Below are positions 19,618 to 27,424 of a stretch of 64,000 nucleotides of DNA, one piece after another. The stretch spans positions 195,403-259,402 of the forward strand of contig JBNKBE010000007.1 of the NCBI GenBank assembly GCA_050287085.1. Reading direction: 5' to 3'. The first letter of the stretch is position 1, and every line of letters begins with the position of its first letter. The notes beneath the pieces are model-generated. The model was given only the letters and a program-made list of their open reading frames with translations, did not search any database and was not told where the DNA came from. The DNA is from Polyangiaceae bacterium (GTDB taxonomy: Bacteria; Myxococcota_A; Polyangia; Polyangiales; Polyangiaceae). The translations under genes and the position numbers were made by a program.

Positions 19618-21003
19618 TCACGGTTCGTCCGCTCTCGAGTGTCGGCACTGCCCCGCGACGTACACCTGCGAGACGACGCGATCGTCTCCGAGGGTCAGCA
19701 GTGCAAAAAGCTGTTCATCGAGACTCTCCGCCGTTTCGAATCGCAGCTGGAGCAGCGGCGTTGCCGTGGGGTCGATGACGAGAAAGTCCGCTTCCCGTCC
19801 GGCCTGAAAGCTTCCGATATGCTGGTCCAGCGACAGTGCAGAAGCGGCTCCAAGCGTGAGGCGATGCAATGACTCATGCGGCGCTATCGAGTGTCCTTGC
19901 AGCCGCAATACGTCATAGGCGGCGCGGCTCGTCTGCAGCAGATTCAGCGTCGTACCCGCTCCCACGTCGGTGGCCAGGACAACTGCGGCGCCCGCGTGCT
20001 GCGCGCGCCGCAGCGGAAACAGGCCGCTCCCGAGAAAGAGGTTCGATGTTGGGCAGAACGCGAGCGTCGAACCCGCGCCGGCGAGCAACTTGAGCTCTGA
20101 CTCGGAGAGATGAATACCATGGGCAAAGATAGAACGCGGTCCAACCAAGTCGTAGTGCGCATAGACGTCCGTGTAGTGCTTGCGCTCCGGAAATAGCCTG
20201 GCCACCCACGCGAGCTCCGCTTTGCTTTCCGCAAGGTGCGTGTGAACATAGGTAGTGGGGTGAGAGCGGTGAAGACTGCCGGCGATCTCCAGTTGCGCTT
20301 GGCTGCTGGTTGGGGCAAAACGCGGCGTAACGGCAAACGTTAGGCGCTGCCTGCCGTGATAGCGCGCGATCAGGGCCTGACAGTCGTCATGACTTTGCTG
20401 CGCTGTGTCGCATAGGTCCAGCGGTGCGTTGCGGTCCATCAGCACCTTTCCCAGAATGATCCGGACGTCGAGAGCCAGGGCCACGCTTGCGAGGGCGTCT
20501 ACCGATGTTGGATGAACGCTGCACATGACGGCGGCGGTCGTTGTCCCGTGACGGAGAAGCTCTGCCATGAACACCCGCGCGAGGCGTTCCGCGTAGGCTG
20601 GATCGCTTAGGCGACGCTCATGGGGAAACGTATAGCGCTCAAGCCACTCGAGCAATTCGGCGCCGTAGCTGCCGATCATACCGATCTGCGGGTAGTGCAG
20701 GTGGCCGTCGATGAAGCCGGGAATGAGCCAGCATCCGGAGTGATGGGTGATGGCCGTGGGGGGGATGGTTGTTGCGAGTTCGTCGTAGGTTCCGGCGGCC
20801 ACGACCCGCCCTCCTGCGACAACCAGGAGTCCGTCCTCCACCCACCGAATGGCCCGCGCGTCTACGCTCGGATCTCCTACGTAATACAGAAGCGACCCGC
20901 GGTGGGCACGAGGCAGCTCGGCCTGGGCCGGGTCTGCGGGCGGATCGCTCGTGGTCCGGGACCGCGAGGGACACTGCGGCGGCTGCGGCTTAGCTCGACT
21001 CAC
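19618..21003 (-). CDS. guaD: Guanine deaminase
   Basis: IPGFIDGHLHYPQ, LLEWLERYTFP.E, GKVLMDRNAP, VTPRFAPTS, HTHLAE, CPTSNLFLGSG, TDVGAGT; GTG overlaps upstream TGA. Confidence 0.95.
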   Translation of the reverse strand: MSRAKPQPPQCPSRSRTTSDPPADPAQAELPRAHRGSLLYYVGDPSVDARAIRWVEDGLLVVAGGRVVAAGTYDELATTIPPTAITHHSGCWLIPGFIDGHLHYPQIGMIGSYGAELLEWLERYTFPHERRLSDPAYAERLARVFMAELLRHGTTTAAVMCSVHPTSVDALASVALALDVRIILGKVLMDRNAPLDLCDTAQQSHDDCQALIARYHGRQRLTFAVTPRFAPTSSQAQLEIAGSLHRSHPTTYVHTHLAESKAELAWVARLFPERKHYTDVYAHYDLVGPRSIFAHGIHLSESELKLLAGAGSTLAFCPTSNLFLGSGLFPLRRAQHAGAAVVLATDVGAGTTLNLLQTSRAAYDVLRLQGHSIAPHESLHRLTLGAASALSLDQHIGSFQAGREADFLVIDPTATPLLQLRFETAESLDEQLFALLTLGDDRVVSQVYVAGQCRHSRADEP

Positions 21004-21758
21004 GCAGAGCCCGTGAAGCGCCGCAGAACCCTCAGCGCCGCTTTGGCTACCAGGTCCTTGGCGGAGAGCTCGTAGTGCACGCGGTACGTCTTGGGCTGCT
21101 CTGAAGACTTGCGGGCGATGGCCCAATCGGCGCCGACCCGCAGTTCGAAATGGCCGTAGTGCGGGTGTTGTTTGACCAGCAGCTCGAAAACTTCGCGAAT
21201 ATGGGGCGTTTCGCGCTCGACCTGCGACAGTTCTCGGTGGGTTATCCCGTCTGTGGCTGCGCGCTGGCGCGAGCCATATGTCCAGTGGTAGTCGTCGAAG
21301 ATGATATAGCCGCCGGGTCTGAGCAGCTTGTCGACCAGGAAGAACGCGCCGCCGTCGATCGTCCAGTTCTTGGGTCCGTCGATGACACAAAGGTCAAAGC
21401 AGGGTGAGCAGACGTCGTCTTTGCTTTGTTCGCGGATCGCGTCATGCAGGTACCAGCTGTAGCCGCTCTGCATGCGCACGATCTGGGCGTACTTTCCAAG
21501 TCCTGTCGCGGCCAGCTGCTGCTCGGCACTGGGCTGAAAGTGGTCTGCCATCTGTTCGAGATCGACTGCGGTAACTTGGCCGCGGCCGAGTTCATCGAGC
21601 GCGGCTGCTATGAAGCAGGTTGCAGTGCCGTGCGCGATGCCGAGCTCAAGAACGTCGCATAGCCGCTCCTTCAAGACTAGCTCGTAGAGATAGCGCGCGT
21701 TGTCACGGGTGATGAAAGGCACGTGCCCGACGCGAGCCGCGATGTCTTCGAACTTCAT
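21000..21758 (-). CDS. Class I SAM-dependent methyltransferase (Methyltransf_24-like)
   Basis: VLELGIAHG motif I, FDLCVIDG, LLRPGGYIIFDD. Confidence 0.88.
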   Translation of the reverse strand: MKFEDIAARVGHVPFITRDNARYLYELVLKERLCDVLELGIAHGTATCFIAAALDELGRGQVTAVDLEQMADHFQPSAEQQLAATGLGKYAQIVRMQSGYSWYLHDAIREQSKDDVCSPCFDLCVIDGPKNWTIDGGAFFLVDKLLRPGGYIIFDDYHWTYGSRQRAATDGITHRELSQVERETPHIREVFELLVKQHPHYGHFELRVGADWAIARKSSEQPKTYRVHYELSAKDLVAKAALRVLRRFTGSA

Positions 21759-21795
21759 AGTGGTACGCACGTTGCCGCGTCGTGGTGGAGGGCCG

Positions 21796-22644
21796 TCACG
21801 AGCCGGTCTTCGCCTCCTCGGAGCTACGCGGTACGGCCTTTTCCGGAGGGCGAGGCCGGAGCTCTTCTGCGCTGTTTACTTCGGCCAGGCTTTGTTTTAG
21901 CGCCTCGAAGAGGTCGACGATCTGTGCGCGCGGTACTTCGTGCACCAGGCTTAGCTCCTGGCCGGCGATCTTCTGGTCGACGGCGGCCAGGACGCGTTCG
22001 GCGTACTCATCCTTGTACTTGGAGGGATCAAACGCGGACACGCTGAGCTCGCTAATCAGCTTGAGTGCCAGCTCCCGTTCGATGTCTCTAAACTCGAAGG
22101 TGGCGCCGGTTTCGACCTCGTCGAAAGCCCGGACCTCGTCCGCATAGAACATCTGGTGGAGTAGTAGCCCACCCTTGTACGGCCGCACGAGCACCAGCTG
22201 CTCTTTGCCGCGCGCTGCCCAGCGCCCAACGGCTACCTTATCGCTCTCAGCCATGGTTTGGGATAGGAGTCGATAGGCCTTGTCGCCGCCCTTGTCGGGG
22301 CCGAGATAGTAGCTCTTTTCCACCGACAGCAGCTCGACGCTGGAAAGCGGGACGAATTCCACAATGTCGAGGGCAGTTGAGCGTTCCGCTTCGAGCTTGC
22401 TCAGCTCTTCTCCGGAAAAGATGACGTATTGTCCTTTGGCGTATTCATACCCTTTGACCAGCTTCTTGCGATCGACGACCTCACCGGTGGCAGGCACAAT
22501 ATACTGCTGCTTGACGCGGCTCTTCGTCTCCTCGTGCAGCATGTTGAAACTCACCTGCTTGGACGCTGTCGCGGTGTACAGCTTGACGGGTATCGAGACG
22601 AGCCCGAACGAAATCGTGGCCGAAGCGATGGCGCGAGCGGGCAT
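21796..22644 (-). CDS. ku: Non-homologous end-joining protein Ku
   Basis: ARAIASATISFGLVSIPVKLY, LVKGYEY.KGQYV, SYYLGPDKGG.KAY.LL, FDPSKYKDEY, VDLFEALKQSL. Confidence 0.95.
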   Translation of the reverse strand: MPARAIASATISFGLVSIPVKLYTATASKQVSFNMLHEETKSRVKQQYIVPATGEVVDRKKLVKGYEYAKGQYVIFSGEELSKLEAERSTALDIVEFVPLSSVELLSVEKSYYLGPDKGGDKAYRLLSQTMAESDKVAVGRWAARGKEQLVLVRPYKGGLLLHQMFYADEVRAFDEVETGATFEFRDIERELALKLISELSVSAFDPSKYKDEYAERVLAAVDQKIAGQELSLVHEVPRAQIVDLFEALKQSLAEVNSAEELRPRPPEKAVPRSSEEAKTGS

Positions 22645-22858
22645 GCGACAAATGCTAGCTGAAGCGATCGGAGCCGGGACAACGTTTTTGTTGCTTTCGG
22701 TAGCAATCAAGCTTGAGCTACGCGATGTTGGCGGCGATCGCTGAACAAACCACCAGACGACTTTGTCTTGTGTGGGCGTCTTTCCCCGCCCAGAATGGCT
22801 CGACATGATGCGATTGAAACAATGCTCCCGGTGTCTTGAGATCGAGTGCCGCCGGGCC

Positions 22859-24244
22859 ATGGTGGAATCCTGCGGGCGAGACGCCCTGACTCGGCCCTTG
22901 CAGCGCGGGCTGGTACCCGTGCTGCTGGTGATGCTCCTCGGGGTGGGAGCGTGCGCAGAAGATGCAACACCCGCCACCCCCGGCGCGGGCGGTGGTGGAT
23001 TCGCGGGTGGGGGCGGAGAGGTGGGCACCGCCGGCGACGGAGGGATGTCCGGGGGCAGCCCCACAAGCGGTCAAATGGGGGGAGCGGGCGGCGCTCAGGG
23101 CGGCGTTTCGGGCGCTCCGGCGGGGCCGCAAGGAGGCGACTCGACCGATAACTCGGGAGGCACGGGGGGCTCAGAGCCGAACGCCAGCTCGGGGGCCGGG
23201 GGAGACAACACAAGTGGCGTGGCTGGGATGGATGCGGCGGGCGGGGCCGGTATGGAGGACGTCATGGCGGACCTATTTGTATTCACAGTGGCCCAGACGG
23301 GGCTCGTGCGCGCTCATCACTTGGACCCTTCAAGCGGCGCCCTGGAGGCGGTGGCGGAGGTGAACCTGGGCGTGGGCGGCGGCGACTTCTTTCTGGCAGC
23401 TACGTCGGATGCGTCGCGAGTTTTCGCGGCCTACGGGGGAGGTGTGAAGGCTTTCTCTTTTGACGCGGGGGCGTCCAGCTTCGACGAGCTCGCTACTGGA
23501 ACCACAGCGGGCGCCGGCACCCACGTGATGACGAACGCGGACGGCACGGAGGTTTTTGTCGCGCACTACTCCGAGAACGCCCTGTCGCATCTGCATTTCG
23601 ACGGAGCTGCCTTCGCTCCCGCGGCTACCCTCACGCCCGGCGAACGCAGTCACTCTTCGCGGCTCGATCCCAAGGAGCAGTGGCTCTTTGTGCCGTGCTT
23701 GGGCAGCAACCACGTCGCGCGTTATGACTTTGCTGGCGGCATGTTGGACGCCGCTTCGGTCGTCAATCACACGCTCGCAGGTGGCCCGCGTCACATGACT
23801 TTCCACCCGTCGCTGCCGGTCGCGTATGTGCTCAGCGAATTGGGGGGCACGGTCAGCGCTCTTTCCGTCGGGGCCGACGGCCAGTTGGGAGCCGAGCTTG
23901 ATTCTGAACTGTTGGGCTCAGGGGAGTTCGGCACTCAGTGGGGAAGCGACGTGCAAGTCACCCCGGATGGCGCCTTTCTCTACGCGGTCGAACGCAATCA
24001 GCGCACCCTATTCCCCTTTGTTGTGGGGCCTGACGGCAAGCTCGACGCTGCGGGCGCTCCGACTGAGCTAGGTGAGGTTGTTCGCGCTTTCGCGCTTTCG
24101 CCGGACTCGGGTTGGGCGGCGGTTGGAGGACAGGACGGCCAGCTAAGGGTCTATCGCATCGGGGCGGACGGCAACTTGACTCTGGCCCCAGGGGGCCTCT
24201 CGGGGCTGGGTGACCTGCAGGCTACGTTGGTCCGCGCCCTGTAG
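22859..24244 (+). CDS. 6-phosphogluconolactonase-family beta-propeller lipoprotein
   Basis: VAHY, HSSRLDP, VPCLGSN, GPRHMTFHP, YVLSEL, VTPDG.FLY; lipobox VGAC and Gly linker. Confidence 0.88.
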   Translation: MVESCGRDALTRPLQRGLVPVLLVMLLGVGACAEDATPATPGAGGGGFAGGGGEVGTAGDGGMSGGSPTSGQMGGAGGAQGGVSGAPAGPQGGDSTDNSGGTGGSEPNASSGAGGDNTSGVAGMDAAGGAGMEDVMADLFVFTVAQTGLVRAHHLDPSSGALEAVAEVNLGVGGGDFFLAATSDASRVFAAYGGGVKAFSFDAGASSFDELATGTTAGAGTHVMTNADGTEVFVAHYSENALSHLHFDGAAFAPAATLTPGERSHSSRLDPKEQWLFVPCLGSNHVARYDFAGGMLDAASVVNHTLAGGPRHMTFHPSLPVAYVLSELGGTVSALSVGADGQLGAELDSELLGSGEFGTQWGSDVQVTPDGAFLYAVERNQRTLFPFVVGPDGKLDAAGAPTELGEVVRAFALSPDSGWAAVGGQDGQLRVYRIGADGNLTLAPGGLSGLGDLQATLVRAL

Positions 24245-24280
24245 CGTCGCTGCTTCGGTGGGATTGGGGCTCTGCCGTTT

Positions 24281-25588
24281 CTAGTGCTCTGCGGACGCTG
24301 GAAGCGGTTCCAGGGGCTCCCGCGCGGTCTCCGGCTCCTTCAGTTCTCTCAGCGTCAGCGCGAAGCGATCGGCCAGGATGGCGGCCAGGAATAAGGGCGG
24401 GTTGAGCACCCCACCGCGCTTGAAGCATAAGATTATATGGTACAACAGCAGCGCCCACAGGCAGAGGTGAACGTAGAGCGTCGTGGGGTGCCGGCTCGCC
24501 TTTGGCCAGCTGCGGAGCAATGCAAGGCTTCCTCCGAGGGGGATGACAGCCCAGATCAGCAGTCCTACGAGGCCTGTTTCCGCCAGGGCCTGCAGCGGTT
24601 GATTGTGAGGGTACGAGCCAAAGAGCAGCCGCGAGTAGCCGGCGCCGAGGCCCAATAGCCAGGAAGAGGGGTCGTCCAAGAATCGATCGGCCAGCGTCGT
24701 CACCATCAGCCAACGTTGTGAGGCGCCCACGGTGAGGCTGTCACCCGCGTAACGCGCGCCTGCTGTGCTCTGAATGACGTTCCCTCCTACAACAACGATG
24801 ACCGCGACCAGAAGCAGCAGTCCGATGCGGCGACGGCCTGCCGTCTGACTTCCGACTTTGGCACCGGCAAACACGACGAAACCCGACATCAATGCAGCCA
24901 GCGTTTCCCCTCGAGCGGCGCTGGCTGTGACCCAGAGGCCTGCGTAGCAGAGCCCGTAGTTCACCCAAGACCGCGTTTGGAACTTGCCAAAGCTCGGGTG
25001 GAGCAGACTGAAGATGAACGCCATGGCTCCGATATCGCCGAGAGCCAGAGGGTTGCTCTGCAGTTCGGGATTGCCCGCGACCATCAGAGCGAGGCGTCGC
25101 TGGTCGTCGGCCCATGTGCTCGGGTCCAGACGGATGAATACGGCCGCGGCTCCGCAGATGTAGTGGGTGAGACCCACTGCGATGCGCCCATCACGAATGG
25201 CGCTCAAACCCAGGGGTCCGACCAAGACGAGCAGAACCCAATATGGCGCGACGGCGCTCAGCATGCGTTGGGCCGAGGCGTAGCCCGACAGCTGAGTGCT
25301 GGCGGCGAAATACCCCGCGTACAACACCGTGGCCACAAACGTCGGTCGCGAGATGGACCAGAAGCGTGCATGGCCACCCAATGCGGCGGCCGTGACTCCC
25401 AGAACGGCGCCGCCCCCCACCAAGTAGTTCACGAGTTCGGAGCGACCCCCGAAGAAGCTCGAGTTGGCCGACAGCAGCTGGTCGAATACCCCGAGACAAA
25501 GAATGAGCGCCACCACGGCCCCGGGCCGGGTCAGGGCGGAGAAGATCAGGGCCGCGAGGCCCGCGCAGGTAATCGCGGTGGTCAACAT
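24281..25588 (-). CDS. O-antigen ligase/Wzy-like polymerase family membrane protein
   Basis: About 10-12 TM segments; ASAARG, LLGLGAG, YPHNQPLQALAETGLVGL. Confidence 0.85.
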   Translation of the reverse strand: MLTTAITCAGLAALIFSALTRPGAVVALILCLGVFDQLLSANSSFFGGRSELVNYLVGGGAVLGVTAAALGGHARFWSISRPTFVATVLYAGYFAASTQLSGYASAQRMLSAVAPYWVLLVLVGPLGLSAIRDGRIAVGLTHYICGAAAVFIRLDPSTWADDQRRLALMVAGNPELQSNPLALGDIGAMAFIFSLLHPSFGKFQTRSWVNYGLCYAGLWVTASAARGETLAALMSGFVVFAGAKVGSQTAGRRRIGLLLLVAVIVVVGGNVIQSTAGARYAGDSLTVGASQRWLMVTTLADRFLDDPSSWLLGLGAGYSRLLFGSYPHNQPLQALAETGLVGLLIWAVIPLGGSLALLRSWPKASRHPTTLYVHLCLWALLLYHIILCFKRGGVLNPPLFLAAILADRFALTLRELKEPETAREPLEPLPASAEH

Positions 25589-25795
25589 GCCGGGGTCGTC
25601 TGGTCGCGGTCTAGGTGGGTTGCCAGAGGGACGGCGCGGTCTTCAACGTCCTGAACTCATAGCGTAGGCGCGGCGTTTGGGTCAAACCGTCACCCGTCTT
25701 GTCGCCAGCGTCGGAGATTTGGGGTCGGAGGCGGGTTGCTGGCTGGGAGACGGTTTGTTTTGCCAGCGCAGTCGATCGCGGCGATATTTGCGCCC

Positions 25796-27199
25796 ATGCG
25801 TCTTACCATTTTTGCCCTGACCTCAGCGGTCGTCCTGTCCCAGCTACTGCCAGCATGTTCCGAGGACTCGTCATCCTGTGATGACGAGGCGGACGCTGGC
25901 GACGACGATACGAGCGACGACGACAACGGTGATGAAGACGCCGGCCGGGCTGGTGACGATAGCAGCGACGATGCTGGCATGGCGGGTGGCGATGACGACA
26001 ATGCGGACGCCGGGAGGACGCCGCCCAAGGTCGAAGGCGACGCCGGCGTGGCGGGACCCGTGGAGTGGCGCTGCGACGGTAACGCCGGTCGCTTGGAGCC
26101 AGCCGACGTGCCGCGAGATGAAGCCGCGATCATCGCGCTTGCCCAAGAGCGTACGGGTCTAGGTGGCGCTGGTACGCGGCAAGTCAACCAGAAGGCGCGT
26201 TTCGTGTCCGCCAAAGAGGGCAGCGACGACAATTCTGGGAGCGAGACCAGTCCGTGGAAGACGCTTCAACACGCGGCCGACAGCGTTGAGCCAGGCACGA
26301 CGGTCTGGGTCGCACCGGACGGAAACTACGGACCTGTTGAGATCAGCAACGGAGGGAGCGACGGGGCCTATGTGATCTTTCGTTCTCAGGATCCCGACAA
26401 GTTCCCGCAAATCTTGGGAAATGAAGACGTGGATGCGGTTGTGCTCATCGCCGCCAGCTACGTCGTATTTGAGGGCTTTGAGGTCCGCAAACATCAGCGG
26501 GCCAGCTTGGACGACGACACCATTGGTATCTCGATCGAATCCGATGACGATCTAGAGTACATCGAAGTGCGAAACAACCTCGTTCACGATATCGGTCCAG
26601 GCGTTATCGATGAGGCTACCTGCTACTACAACGGCCACGGCATCATTGCGCAAAGCGATGGTACATTGATAAGTCATCTCATCATCGACGGCAACGAGCT
26701 TCACGACTTGTACGTAGGCAATAGCGAGGTGCTGGTGGTGAACGGCAACGTGGCTGACTTCTGCGTTACCAACAACTTCGTTCATGATGTGAACAACATC
26801 GGAATCGATATCATCGGCTACGAAAAGAACGACAATGAGACGACGCAGCGAGGTCTCATCACGGACAACGTGCTGCTGGACGTCTCGAACTACTGGCCCT
26901 ACTGCTCTCGCGGCAATTGCACCTATCCCGAGGGGGATGAGTCTTCGGACGGCATCTACGTCGACGGCGGTGCCGAGTTGGAGATCGCCTACAATATCGT
27001 GGGACGCAGTGACCACGGTATCGAGCTACAGTCGGAGAACGGCGAGCTCATTCGCGACGTAGAAGTGCATCACAATTTCGTCTTCAACAGCAACTACAAG
27101 AACTTCACCTTGGGTGACTCCGAGAACAGCGGCGAGTACGACAATCTCTTCGTCAACGACGACGCCCTGGCGAACGACGAGCTCGAACAGTGCAAGTAG
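25796..27199 (+). CDS. Right-handed parallel beta-helix lipoprotein (DUF1565/pectin-lyase-like) with Asp-rich linker
   Basis: GSDDNSGS..SPWKTLQHAAD, repeated NxVHD rungs, GIYVDGG; lipobox LPAC. Confidence 0.85.
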   Translation: MRLTIFALTSAVVLSQLLPACSEDSSSCDDEADAGDDDTSDDDNGDEDAGRAGDDSSDDAGMAGGDDDNADAGRTPPKVEGDAGVAGPVEWRCDGNAGRLEPADVPRDEAAIIALAQERTGLGGAGTRQVNQKARFVSAKEGSDDNSGSETSPWKTLQHAADSVEPGTTVWVAPDGNYGPVEISNGGSDGAYVIFRSQDPDKFPQILGNEDVDAVVLIAASYVVFEGFEVRKHQRASLDDDTIGISIESDDDLEYIEVRNNLVHDIGPGVIDEATCYYNGHGIIAQSDGTLISHLIIDGNELHDLYVGNSEVLVVNGNVADFCVTNNFVHDVNNIGIDIIGYEKNDNETTQRGLITDNVLLDVSNYWPYCSRGNCTYPEGDESSDGIYVDGGAELEIAYNIVGRSDHGIELQSENGELIRDVEVHHNFVFNSNYKNFTLGDSENSGEYDNLFVNDDALANDELEQCK

Positions 27200-27424
27200 C
27201 CGGGCAGTGCCGGTAGCCGGGCAGTGCAAGTAGCCGGGCAGTGCCGGTGCGCCGGCAGCGCAGCGATCGGCCGCGCGAGTAACCCGGCGGCCGTGTAAAC
27301 CCGGTCGTCAAGGCAGCCGGGCCGCGCGAGCAATCCGGCAGCGCAAGTAGTCGGGCCGCGCGAGCAACCCGGCGGCACGAGCAACCCGGTCGTCAAGGCA
27401 GCCGGGCCACGCAGACAACCGAGT
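27188..27424. repeat. Degenerate about 17-bp tandem repeat (about 14 units) between convergent genes
   Basis: Units CAGTGCAAGTAGCCGGG, CAGTGCCGGTAGCCGGG, CCGCGCGAGCAACCCGG, TCGTCAAGGCAGCCGGG recur in phase. Confidence 0.85.

Noticed and set aside
21004..21390. N-terminal extension of the 590-aa guaD ORF
   Set aside because: Overlaps the methyltransferase in another frame; GTG at 21003 coupled to the upstream stop is the better start
22645..23064. Pro-rich N-terminal extension of Ku
   Set aside because: It is the antisense of the lactonase Gly linker; Ku homology begins at MPARAI (22644)
27188..27424. CRISPR array
   Set aside because: Units are contiguous 17-mers without unique spacers; no cas genes
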